From Enoplolaimus lenunculus (Eukaryota), in the NCBI GenBank assembly GCA_030248215.1, contig JASANG010003092.1:372001-436000 (forward strand): 64,000 nucleotides of DNA, in the 5' to 3' direction. Below are positions 12,601 to 26,800 of the stretch, one piece after another; the stretch's first letter is position 1; each line of letters begins with the position of its first letter. The translations under genes were made by a program, and so were the position numbers. Below the pieces are notes generated by a model, which had not been told where the DNA came from, did no database searches, and saw only the letters and a program-made list of their open reading frames with translations.

Positions 12601-14770
12601 AATATCAACCAACTAAATTGCAAACAGAAGCAAAAAATAAAATAATCATCCGTTGGTTTTCAAGCTTAATTGAGCGAAGCGAGTTTCGCGAAGCGTTTTA
12701 TGTTTTGTACTCCGGGGTCGAAATGTGGATGTCCGTCCATCTGTCCGTCTGAAAATAATCTCAAGAACGACTGAACCGATTTTGATAAACTTTTTTGTTT
12801 GAAAGCCAATTATCCTGAGGTGTTAACCTCGCATGGGGGTTTTACAATTTTAATCCGTTTATTAGCTACAGTCTAATTTGCATAATTAATTAAGCCTAAA
12901 TTAGTACTTTCTACATTATTTCACTAATTATTACAGTTAGAAGCAATCTAATTTCAGCATTAAAGGGGTTTGGGTACGAATAATCTGCATAGACTGTTTA
13001 CAAACCTCCAAAACGGATAATTGAGTAGTTATCTAATAGATAATTTGCATATTAGCATAGTTTATAAGCGTAAATTAGGACTTTTTACAAATTTCACAAA
13101 TTATTCAAGTTAAAAGCAATATAATTTTTAATTGTTTACAAACCTCCAAAACCGATAATTGAATAGTTAGCTAACAGCTAATTTGCATATTAGTTTAATT
13201 CACATGACAAAACAAGGACTTTTTAAATTATTTCCAGAATTATTAGGGTTTACTGAAGGTTTTGGGTGCGAGGAATTGGATTGAATTGTTTACAAACCTC
13301 GAAAACTGATAATTGAATAGCTAGCTAATAGCTAATTTGCATATTAGTTTAATTGACACAAAATTAGGACTTTGTAAATTATTTCAATAATTATTAGGGT
13401 TTACTGAAGATTTTTGGCTGCGAGGAGTCTGAATAAAATATTTACAAACGTCTATAACCGGTAATTGAGTATATAGTTAGCTAATATATAATTTGCATAT
13501 AAGCATAATTGATAAGCCTAAATTAGGCGTTTTTGCAATATTTCACTAATCATTAGGGTTACAAGCAATCTAATTTCGGTAATAATGGTTTTTGCGTGCG
13601 AGGAACCTAAATAAATTGTCTAAAAACCTTCAAAACCAGTAAATGAATGGTTAGCTAATAACTAATTTGCATATTAGCTTAACTGCTTAAGTGTGTTCGA
13701 GCTTCGCTTAATTATGTAGTCGCAACTGGTATTATAGGTTAGTCGGCAATTCTCGGCAGATATAACAATAACTTTATTATGCAAAAACAAAACTGATATA
13801 CGACAAACATTCAAAGTTTTCGTTAGAAAAAAAATTATTTTTATTTTCGGCAACAATTCAAAATTGTCCGAAACCGAGACCAGAACTCTCTATGTTGCCG
13901 CCGTTTTTGTGCGAGACAGCCAGGGTGCAACCGGAATTCCTATTCCAGTAGGGAAATCTGGTATTTTTCACTAATCGGTTCCGGTAATAAATACAATGTT
14001 TTTGCAGTGAAATTTTCCGGTATTTTCGGTATTGAAAAATTTTCTCATTCGAAAATTTAAAAAAGTTATCTGGTTCCGGTATTTTTTGGCGTTCCGGTAT
14101 TTTATAATTCCGGTTGCACTCTGGAGACAGCACATCCCTAACAAACGATAGTGTGCAGCTGCGTAATCCAAGTAGAATGTGGTTAAAATATTTTTAAAAT
14201 ATGTATATGTGTCTCTCAAATTTCAGAACAGTGAAAATAAATATGGATATGGAAGTTATTCCAATTTCTCCGTTACCTGACAAACCTGAAGGACGTCGAC
14301 GCATGCCTGAGGACAGTCCCCAGAAAAATGAGGTATATATACATAGCAGATATCGACCGGATATTAATTTTGCCGGAACCGTAGCCGGATAGTAAACTTT
14401 GTACCGGAACCGGAGCCGGATGTTAACCTTATATAAGATCTAAATTTGTACACTGTTGGAAGTATTTGAGTCGTGCAGAAATATGTATTTATGAATTTAA
14501 GATTAATTGTTGGTTTGGATTTTTCATTCCATGTCAGTGTCCGTTCATAAATTGCTCGGAAGTGTAGTCGCTTCAAAAAGTATTTTGACGTGCAAAATAA
14601 GTTTTATGATGTTAGGAACCACAGCCACAAATATCCGGTTTCCGGTAGGTTCATGCCGGATAAGGATTGCTGATTTTGCCGGATATTAAACCGGAACCGG
14701 ATATCCGGTCATTCCGTGATACATACTTAGATTATATACGTATATATAATATAATATATATAATATATAC

Positions 14771-14849
<79 letters not shown>

Positions 14850-17800
14850 GTATATATAAATCAGGGTTTCAACGGGAACTAAATTTTACCGGAACAAGAA
14901 CAGGACCGCAGGAACGGGAACAGGAACCAATATTAGAAATAATTTTCATACCGAATTACTGTTCTATTATTCGGAAAACTATATAGCCAAATTTGGTTTA
15001 TGCGAATTTTCAGCTATTCCATCACGCTTTGTGTAAACATCACATTTTTACTCAAGCAGCTTATTAACAAAATTGAACTAATTGTAAAAACACCGATTAT
15101 GAATAATTGTCCACAAAACCGTACAAATTCCGGTACCTGCGTTTTTGAGTGCAGGAACTGGACATGAACAGGAATTGAATTTTTGCAGGAATTACGGCTG
15201 ACGCATGAATTCCAGTGCAACCCTGGTATATATTTATTTATTTATACATTATAAATATCACTGCGGTCCCAGCCCAGAATATCTTCAAGGGATGCGGGCC
15301 TTTAATATGCTTTCCATATAGCCAGCCGTCACCTAATTTTTCCCAGTGAACATTCATCTGTACCGAAAGGCAGGCAAGGCACCCCTTGTGACCGCTTTTG
15401 GAATGCGTACCAACCAAAGTGTGATAGTAAAATATCCGGTCGGAACCCGATTCCAAAACCAGTATTACGTAAGTGCATATTAAAAAGTGAACCTTACGTA
15501 TATAATATCACGTTCATTTTAGTAGTACTTCAGTACTTCATATAATTTGTTTGCTTTGTTGCCATAAGGGCTTACTTATTAACTGCGTATGTCGTTTTTG
15601 TCGAACTTGTAACCGGATTTGCGGCTGCATCCAGGTGGATACATATACGTTGCACATGTGGCACCATGTTTAAAAACTATGGGGTAACATAATTTTTGAC
15701 ACCGGATTTCCTGCGAAAATTCATTTCCTGTTCCTGTCCCTTCATTCAAAGATGCAGAAACCGGAATCTTTATGGTTTGTGGTAAATTATTCATAATCAC
15801 GTAAATACTGGAAACTTTCTCTTTAAAAAGTTTGTGTTTTTTGCAATTAGTTCGTTTTTGTTAATAAATTGTAAGATTAAAAATCTAGTGGGTTTTCGCT
15901 CAACTTTCTGATGTAATAGCTAAAAATTCACTTTCTCCAAAAAGTTCAACATTAATTCGGTGGTGAATGTTATTTCAAATTCAAGTTCCGGTTCCTACGA
16001 AAAAGATTCAATTGCTGTTCCGGTAAAACTTAGTTCCTGTTGAACCCAGTGTTTAAGCGGAATTACAGTTGCGAATATAGTATATAAACCTTGACAATCG
16101 CCAAAAATAAACCGTCGAAGATAAATTTCGCATCCGTGCGTTTTGAAAATCAAAAATAGGGCAGATAGAGTGAATATCTCTCTCCAACTAGGGTTATTTC
16201 ACCATTAATATTGTAAAAAACCAAATTAAAATGAATTTTTCGGTGCCATGTATTTTTCATTTTCCGGTTCCGTTTTCTGTAATTTTTTTCAAATTCCGGT
16301 TTTACCCTAATGGACCCTTATGTACACTAATTTGCATTCATCCGCATAGAAGGACAGCTAGCAGCAACTTAATTTTAGAAAAGTTAGGCTAGCATGATCA
16401 AAAATGTTAGCAGAAACTCTGCGAGCGTCTTTTCTTGCAGAAAAGTGCACTTAAATACAATAACTAGGTACTATATTACATGGCCACAGGTGTTACGTGT
16501 GTAAGTTTTTAACTCTTGTATGAAAAATGAAAATACTATGCGGGGCAGCTTAATAAACTATCGTACTGAATTCCGTAGGAAGTAAATTTGCTGGAACGCC
16601 CCAAATACGTATTTTAGGCAACGTTCCGGCATTACTTTGTTTGCATTATTTTCTTAGAACAGAAAGTTATCGTTCTGTGAAAAGAAAATTTGCATGCAGA
16701 TTTTTATGCATTCACTAACTTTTGTGCATTGTGCGTAGCCGGCTGACTAGTTATATTTTATTTGTAGAATCTTGATGATGAAACTTCAGACCCAACGTAT
16801 GCAGAAAATGGAGTGGGCAGAAAAAAGGTGGGGATCATATAAAATAAAGTGTCATTGTCATATTGTTGATTATGTATGTGTGTTGTGTATGTATGTATGC
16901 ATGTGTACATCAAGTTCAAACAGGAATTATACTTTACCGAAACAGTTAAACTAGTTGAATATTGCCTGAATAGAAATCTGAATTTGAAACAATTTTTATC
17001 ACAGAATACTGTGGTTTTATAGGTATATTTAACAAAGCTACGCTGCAAATGTTTTTATCTTACAGATTATTACGTAACTCGACTTGTGGCGACATTCGGT
17101 TTGAATTAAAAATTTCTCAAACGCAAAATTTTAATGTTTAGACGACTATGTATAACTTGCTGCAAAACCGTAAACATTCTTGCTTTCGCGTTCTGTAAAG
17201 CCTGTCTCTACAATACGTTGTTTTCTTTCTGATGTATATACATGTTATGAAGCAGATGGCAAGTATAAAACTAACCATGTACTGTAACAATTGTTTTTCC
17301 ATCCCACTACGTCGTGAACGTTTTTGTTTTAGGGTGCTCGGCGGAAAGGCAAACCAAAGAAATGGATAAATAACAAACGAAGGCGAATTGCTGAGGTAAC
17401 TATGAATCTTTGTATGCGGGGAGTTTTAATGACCGGCGTCATTAATTTTTTGTTGTGGAGGTCAATATGCAACTTCTTTGCTACTGAGCTGTTATACGCA
17501 GTGCCACGGATCGACCCTGCTGAGCGAAGCGAAACTCCGAAACGAAACTCTAAGTTTCGTGAAGCGTTTTATGTTTTGTACTTGGGGTCGAAAGGTGGAT
17601 GACCGTCCGTCTTTACGTCCGTCCGAAAAGAATTTCAAAAACCGCTGAACCGATTTTGATAAATTTTTTGTTCGAAAGCTTTTTAAGCTAATTTGCATAT
17701 TTTTGCTTAATTGTTAAGTCTAAATTATGGCTTTCTAAATTGTTTCCCAAATTATTAGGGTTACTGAATTGTTTTGGGGTGCGAGGAATCAGAATAAATT

Positions 17801-20800
17801 GTTTACAAATTTTCAAAACCGATAAATGAATAGTTAGCTAATAACTAATTTTCCTATTAACTTAATTGCTTCCGTGTGGTCGAGCTTCGTTAAAAACGTG
17901 TAGTTCCATTACGACTGGTATTAATTTTATTTCTGCACTGTCGGAAGTACTTGAGTTGTGCAAAAATCAATATTTATGAATTTAATGAATAATTTTGGCT
18001 TTTATTTTTCATTCCAAGTAAGTGTCCACTCTTGACTTGCCCGGAATTGCAGTCGCTGCAAAATATCTAGTATTTCATCATAGTTGTCCGTAGCTAAATG
18101 CATTTAATATGTCAGTTAATTTTATTAAACAGTACCACATCCTGCTTTGTGGGCACTTTCTAGCCCGTATTCTACATTTTTAAAGTCGTTTCGCTGTGGA
18201 AACTGATGAATCTTGATATTTTCCTTTTATTTATAGTCATTGGCGGTTGAAAACTCTAAAACAGACAGTATTGATGCGTATTTACCTCCGCTTGAGTATT
18301 TCTTTACTGATCACAAACGAGCTAGTATGGAAGCGAATAAGGTATATAAGTTCATATTCCGAATGCGCCACGTCATTACATTTGTATTATATATTGTAAA
18401 TAAATTTAGTGGTAATGAACGGCTTTTATCCCAAAATTAGTGTATCCGCTGGTAACTTGTGGTTATTTTGAAATCTGTTGAACTCGGGTTTACCAAGGCT
18501 GCTGGCGTGCGCTCCACCTGAGAAACTCGACGCCTTGCCGCAAGTGATAAACATTTATAATCCAACTGGTTTCAAGTAACTAATTATTGTGACGTTTGCA
18601 CTTTTGCAGTGCGGCTAGTTAACCTAGTATCAGGCATATCCGTATCGACGTTGTTATAAGCGTAACTATTTCGATATCCCTTTAACCAGCATTTAAAGAC
18701 TGGTTCTCAACAGATTGCAATGTATTTATTGCAGGTTGACATCATTGAATCAATCGTCACTAAAGAAATAGCGACTGAAACAGATGATAAAGTTTACGCC
18801 CAAACTGAACATGAAAATGGAAATGATCACGTCGATCGTGACCAAAGTGATCCCAGTTTGATTAACTCAACTCAAATCTTAGATGAGTCTTGCGGAAACC
18901 TCGCTAGTTGCTTTCTGTTAGCATCAACTGCTCCGACTAGCAATAGTTGTAGCGAATCAGACGCAGATTTAGAATGCAACAATTCTGCCGCAAGAGACAT
19001 TACTATTGTAGGTGATCAGACATGCCGGTATGATTCAGGGGAAAATATGAAGGGCGAGAATTTGACCGATGAACATACTCAAAGCGCTGTTGGTTTCAAC
19101 GATTCTGCGAGTGCTACTAGTAGAAGACCACGCCGGCAAAGCGCAGTTTTCGCGAGACAAGCAATCAAGCAGTTGGTGGACATGAAGGCAACGCCTTCTC
19201 CTGGTGAGCAACCCCGTTTACAAGAGGGTTTTTTTCGAGGTCCAGCAATTTCAAATCAAGAAGATCCTTTACTTAGCAAGAAGTTAGAAAATACTACCCG
19301 CAATTGTTCTGGTGTAACAATTAGAAAACGGCCTATTGCAGAAAGACATACGTGCCCTCGAGAAAAGATTCATAACAACGAAAAACTAAAGAACCGTGGC
19401 ATTGTACACGGATTGCAGAATAAAGTTAAGAAAAATGAAGAAGCAAAATTGAGATCATCCAACACGGACATTCGTGCTGCGACGGGCCTAGTTCAGGGGT
19501 CTGTGAAAGCATTACGTGTAAAGTCGTCTGCAAAAGAAATGTCTACGTCTTTAGCTTCGAAGCAGCTGCAACCATCTAAAATATCGAAACGTAAGATCAG
19601 TGGTTTAGCCTGGTCATCATATAAAAAATTAACTAGTAAGCATTGAAAGTGTTTTCGCATTAATCATTAGTTTTTTCAAAACGTGCCTCATATTAATTAT
19701 AGCATCCGGTTTATTGGCTGACCTAGAGGATGTTTGTTTACGATTACGATTAGATTTCTGTTTAATCTAAGGTCTTATAGGCTAATCGCAATTGTGTATA
19801 TCGGTGGAAAACTTGCAAATGCAAACCCTACATTGCTTAGTATTAGATCAATTCTTCTTTGGAAACTATTTACGTTTACGTACGCACAGGGGGTTGTTTT
19901 TCGATGGGCACAAGCAGCGATGATAAGCTAGATGACGTATTTGTATTGTAAATTTAATTTAGATAGTTTTGTATTTCACTCGTCCTCATCCCATGTAGCG
20001 TTTGAATAATGGTGATAATAGTGTATAGAAACAGTGCAATTTCAGACGAATCATCAAACGCTGACAGCGTCAAAGCACGTCAGGTGTTTTCGATATTTTC
20101 GAAGACTAAATCTACCAGCGCTCAGGCGTCTGTATCTAAATCAGCGTTAAAACCAGAGCTGGTAACGAGAAACATCAAACGCCTTGTGAATACACAACCA
20201 AGGAATACTGATAACCAGAATGTATTTGAAATAGAATTAGACAGTGCAAGCGACTTGGAGGTACATTTTTCGAGGGTTTAGGTAACCGTCATTTGTGTAT
20301 TTTGTAGAAATAAGTTTTTCACTTATTCTCCAGTGCCAATGGTTTATGTAGGGTTGCATCCGGGTCGTGATATTCGTGGCATTCCAGGTACGTAATTTAA
20401 CCAAAAAATTGCGAGTCCGGGGACAGGTATTTTTTTAAATGTTACCACTCTTCTTTTACAGTTGCATCCGAGTACGGGTATTTTTTAAATGCTGCAACTC
20501 TGTTTATTAATTATTTGAAAAAATCTTCTCCAACTGTGTGATCGCTCCTTAGATCTGTTTTAGTTTATTTGCTAATAATAGATTCACTGCTTCTTGTTAA
20601 AGCTGCTGCATAAATCGTGTAACACCAGAATTTTTTTAGGATCTATCATCCTCCAATAAAAACAATGACGTTTCTATATCGTATCCACGAATGCCTGAAC
20701 ATATAGATGTTGCACCATTTTGTTACTGCAGTAGTATAGTGCCTGAATGCTCAAATGACTCAAATAATGTGAGCTCTGAGTACGCAGGATGTAGTGTCTT

Positions 20801-23800
20801 GGCGAAGCAGTTTAAACTTGATTGCCACCGGTCTAGCCAGGACGTTTATTCTGAGCAGAATGTTTCGTCCCCCAACGCAATTGCTTTCGATGAAACTGGT
20901 GAACGTTGCGTGCAATTTGTCTGTTTGGAATCGCAGCCGCATCAAGTGAGAATATGTGCTTTAAAGAACGAACTAGAAATTTGATGCAAGTTTTACAAGA
21001 TCATGCGTACATCTGATAGTTTTTTGGCAAGTGAGTGATGAATACAAGCAAAAAATGCTGCAGTAGGCAACACATCGAAGCAGCAATCCATCAGTAGCAA
21101 GCACATTGAAGCCTAAATGGTTTAACGTGCTGCATCGTTCGCACCACTTACCCATCCCCAAAATGTGAACTGCCGTACGCATGATATTGTGGAAGTTGCT
21201 TGATTCATCGACTTTCCTTTAATGTGTCGCCACATTGCTTATTGTGATCTTAAACAGATCTGGCAGTATTTAAGTAATGTGCATACTGGTATCAATTCGT
21301 TCTATCGCGATTTTGTATTAGATTCACCTCATCTTCGCACCTCACTAATGTATAATCTATGTAGGTCCAATTTTTGTTTGAAACACGGTGTTTTGGAATT
21401 AGGAATGTACCGATCGATCGCATCGGTAATATCGTCACTTTTCGTGAGTATCGGCGTCGACACTGTAAAAATGTTGCCCATTCTTTACCAATGCTTTTTT
21501 CACTGAATGCTATCAATTTCACCTGTTGGTGACTATTATGTCTCTTGCGTCGACAAAATTTAAAAATAAGAATTGGCAAAAATTTTAGTATCACATATAA
21601 CTATATATCTGGGATACAGCGTTCATAATTTGACAAGTGCTAGAATTATGAAAAGCATACTAACTAAGCTGTGTGTTATACAATTTCAGAATATGTTTTA
21701 GAATGCGAAATGTTTTTGCGCTCAATATGTTGATTCTGACAAAGTTAATACTGTCCTTGAAGAGCTGCAAACAAATTGCGAATTCGATATCGCTGGCATT
21801 TATCATAGCTCCCGAAAAAAGCTTGAAGGTAAAATTAATCATTGTAAGACTTCATAGTAACATGTTAGTTACATAGTATTGAAAATATTCTCGTAAATGC
21901 TTCACTTTCATTTTTTCTCAGCTACAGATTTACGTGTGAGACTTTAGCTTTTGAATACAATGAAGTTTACAGCTATTCTGTCCGAGGTGATTATAGAGTC
22001 AACTTAAATTCTTAATCTCACTTTTAGCTCACAGAAATTGTGGTTCGATTAATTATTGCTTGCAGACAATATGTTTTTTGCAGATTTGCGAACGAAAAAT
22101 TCTCTTGAAAATGGTATTCCTGCATTTAATGAAAGTTAGTTGTGTTTGTACAAATCCTAAAATTATTGGTTAATAAAAATAAATTCAGAGGTACTTCATT
22201 CTAATTAATGTGCACTCTTTTGTTGCATTATGCAAATTGTAAACTGTGAAATTGTTAAATTATCTAATTAAACTTTTTTCTTAGCTAAAAATGCATACGT
22301 TTTATTTTAAACTTAGGAATTTAATCCTGCATTTATTTGCGTTTAAAGACATCAGATCGATCTCGGAAACTCGCAGACAGAAAATGCAAAAAACGGATTA
22401 TCTAACATTGCAATTTTCATAATTTTGTAGCTTTCCAAACTATTTTTGCACCGACAAATTCGAAACAAATCATGGGAAATTATTCGGCTGTGAAAACGGT
22501 GTCTAACTGGCTGCGCGAGTGGAAGCTTTTTCTGGAGCTAGAACGTCGCACCCCGATTCGATGTGTAACGAAAAAAGTGACGAAGAAAAAGCCTAAACGT
22601 ATTGTTTACTATGAAATTTTTTTACATGACTATGAAACAAACGTTCACCGCGAGTTGTGTATTTTGGCCACGTGGCTCCGCTTATATTGTGGGATACACT
22701 TTTGTGCGGGTCGTTATTGAAGCATTCTATGATTATTTGATTTCATTTAAGAACTTCCTCGAAATTGAAGGACCAATCGCAACCTGTTATGGTATTGGTA
22801 ATTTTCCCCCACAAGTGCCTTGTTGCATACTCTTGTTTAAAGAGTATTGTCGACTCAGGATAGCAGTTATTTATACCCTACCAATTTAAGCGTTTGTGGT
22901 AATCAGTAACTAAACATCTTGCTTCACTATCGACACTTTGTCTTTTTGTCATAGTGATATGTTTTCAGTGATAATAGTTTGGTACGTGCTGAAAACTGAT
23001 GCAAATATGTGTGTTAAAAATAAAATGCAGAGGGCGGTATTATTACCTGAAGAACATTAGTCAATTTATTAATATGGATTCTTGTGCAATTCCGTTATAT
23101 TTACGTTCAGGTTTAGGATTTGGACACGTTTGCTTAAACATAAATATAAGTCCGAGTCTTATCCTTCTTTTTAATGTGGGTAAAAGCTTGTAAGAAAAAA
23201 GATGAAGTTTATGTATGTACTAAAAAATTAAGCGTTTTATTACGTATATTGTTTGAGTTTAAGAGGGTGATGATGACTCATGGAGCGGTTCTGAATCAAT
23301 TGATAGTGATGACGATAGTCTGTGTCCTATTAATACTATGCTTTTGCGTGGTCATACTGGCTCAGGCAAAACTGCGTTGGTGCAAGCGCTTGCAGCTGAG
23401 TTTGGATTCAAGGTATGCTGCTCTTGTACACTTCTACCATAGGCGTGGACTGAAAAACTAGCCAGTGTGTGTATTACGTTCCATTTTATTCGCTAGAACA
23501 ATGTATTGTCAATTTCATATTCTTGTATGATTTTTATTTTGTTGGTGATAGGTCATGGAAATCAATACGTCGTCTGCACGCTGTAGCCGTCACTTGCTTG
23601 TCGCTCTTGATGGTGTTACTCATTCACATCGTGTGATGAGACGGAACCAGGCTTCGATTACTTATACTTCAACAAAGAGTAAGTGAATGGTTTAACATGA
23701 GGCATAGCGCGAATCGTTTAATCCACGGCAGTTTTGTGAAAAAATTATGTTGCTTTAAATCGTATTGTGACCACTTTGTTGAGCGAACGAAGGCATAATT

Positions 23801-26800
23801 AGCTTAATTAGTTAAGCCTAAATTGGGACTTTTGATATTATTTCATTAATTGCTAGAACTAAAAGCGATTTGATTTCAGTAGTAAAGGGTTTTCGAGTAC
23901 GAGCAATCGGGATAATATGTGTATCATGTTAACCGTGCCAACTATGGCAATTGAGTTGGGTAATTATCTTTTTATAATAAATTATTTGTGCACAGTTGGC
24001 TTAAGGGTTTTCTTGCAGTAGAAATTAAAATGTAGAGTTTGGAATATGGAACGGGGAAAATATAGTTAGCTTCGCTAATTAATATTAAGCATGCCAATTA
24101 TAGCATTTGAGTGCATTATTTTTATGTATTTGTTTTTAGGTGTATTCTACTATGTTTCATGGGGTTATTGTGTAAGAAGCATTTAATTAATATGTCGCTC
24201 AAAACTTTCTATACTTGCAAATTACATAGTAGGATACTCGCAAGCTATCCTAGAAGTATTATCAATTTTTGCACTAATATATTTTTATTACAATAAACAC
24301 GAACTGAACTTTCAAACTAAAACTTTTTAAAAGAAACGAGACAATTGACGTACATTTAAAGGCAGACGGAAAAAGTTGCCATTAAACTATTGCTGTTTGA
24401 GTAATTTTGCTGTTGCGTTTTTAGATCTGCAAAAGCCTGTTTTGCCTCGTGAGTGCAATCACAAAAATGACGGTAAGATAGCTTCATTCTTTGCCAAATC
24501 TCCAGTTCCTGCTGAACAGCCTAAAAGTATCATTAAGAGCAATGTAGAAACGACGTGTAAAAGTTTGAACGGAACATGGCGAATGGAAACAAAAGGTGAG
24601 CGAGAGGTGTTTCTCTCAAATAATTCATTATAAAAAGCATAGGTTTGTTACAGATGCCGCGGTATTAGAATTAAGGTTGATTTTAAAAAGATTTTGCTTA
24701 TTTTGCTTAAAATACCTGGGTACTTATCCCTTTTTAGGTATACAATTAGGTTTATGTTATTGTGTGTATCTTTGTACACATGTTAAGTTCAAACTCAACG
24801 TAGTTTACTGCCAGGATGAAACCGGAATTCTGATTAAGATTAGAATTAAGATTCAAAGCGAGTTCTCATTCCGATTCCGGTTGCACAATCAATTGAAATT
24901 GGAAATTTTATATTTTAATTTTAATCTTACTTGTTTTGATACGTTGCATAAATACTCTGTATGATTTGTCTATTAAATTGATCTCCATAAATTAACTTAT
25001 CAATAATTGACTAATTTACCGCTATGCACCCTGGTGTCGACTTCCATGCTTAACTTCTAATACTTTGAAAATATTTTAGAGAAGAAAGTGCTTTTTAGAT
25101 AGTTTTCAGACCACCTGCGTTTAGTGTTGTTATTAAGCAATCAGTTATCACTGTTCAAATTAAGCGCGCTAATTTTAGTACTACTTTGTATGATACTATA
25201 ACGCCGACAATTCATGAATTTATTCATATTTTTTAATTACATGCTTTACTCTTTCTAGCTGATACGAAATATGATTCGAACTCTGAGAAGTTTTCTGTTA
25301 TTTTGATAGAAGATGTAAGTACTAATTAAGAATTTCTGTATTAAAACCTTGTTACACGATTTGTGTGCAACTAAATTGGCCGTCCGTTGGACGTTTTTCA
25401 ATAATTATGCCAATTGCGTTTGGGGTTTCGCAAGTACTACATCAGTCATAAATGTTTGTGCAGGATTTGCACAATTGCTTTGATTGAAATTTTCCCTGAA
25501 ACTTCAAGTTTTAGTTATTAAAAGGCAATTAATACTGTTTCGGTATTAGTATAATATCCGGTCATATTTGTAAAATATCGAGCTGTAATAAGAATTCCAC
25601 CGGTTTTAGGTTGATATTGTATTTTCTTGTGACGAGTCTTTTTGGAGCGGTGTCGCTGCATTAGCCGAAAAATCACGCGTCCCGATTATACTAACTTCGT
25701 CGAGTAGGTTTTCTTGTCTGGTAAACGTATCTAACCAGATTGATGGGCACTGTAATTTTAAAAATTATTTCCAGACTTGGTTTTTTTGCAATAAATAGGT
25801 CTTTAGCTCTATCTTTTATAGCATCTGAAGGCTCATTAGAATATAAAACTATTATTTTCTCTTGGAAAGAGTACTTAGATACAAAATAAATACCGTGGTT
25901 TTATCATTGTGTCCGTTCACGAGGTTAAGTTTTATTAGAACGCTAATGTTAATTTATTTTCATTCATTCCATGTTTTGTGTTTCAGAGCAGTTCCAAATG
26001 GATGAAGCTGTCTTTCCGTACAGATACGAAGAATGTGACGTTGTCAAAACCAATTCGGTTAGGGCTCTACTATATATTTTACAGTTTTTCCTATTTGTAT
26101 TATTTATTATATTAGTAATTTGTTTTGTTTTAAGCTGATCTCTCTAGTAAGTGGCATCTCAAGGAACGTTTTTGTTTTTACGTCTTCATATGACATAATA
26201 TGTAAAATTCATATTTTAGTACCGCAGTAATGCCATATTGCAGGATCTGCTATGCTATCATCTAGTCTTATCGTTACTTGCGTGGCGTTCTGTTTACGTT
26301 CCTATTGATGACATTCGAACGCTGTTACGTTACAAAAATTTTGATGCCCGAGCGGTTCTCAACGCATTACATTTCTGTATTCCTTCAGTGAACTCGTGTG
26401 ACCCAAAGGTGAATGTCAGTAGTCGCGACCACACATTTCCAGCTGATTTATTCCAAGATATACAGTTAAAAGCAACATTGTAACATTGTGTGAGCATAGC
26501 TTTTTTCCGCTTTCGTGGTACTTTTAAGGCGCCCCGTTTTCTAGCACTACTGCAAATTAGTAGGACTAGATATTAGACTTCTTATCTTAGAGTTTAATTA
26601 ATGTTTAGTTTTACTCTTAGGCTTAATCATAGGAATATGTTTATAAGCATAGGAATATATTTAATCTAGAATTACGGCTCTAAAAGTAACTTTGGCCGTT
26701 TTGTGAATAACTTGAACTTTTGTGTTATGTGTAAAAGCAGTAAAATGTGCACAGCAAATGTGCTACTTAAGATAGAGAACGAGGGATATCGTAAAAGGTA

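Noticed and set aside
14667..14882. IYIYIY ORF
   Set aside because: Translation of a (TA)n microsatellite.
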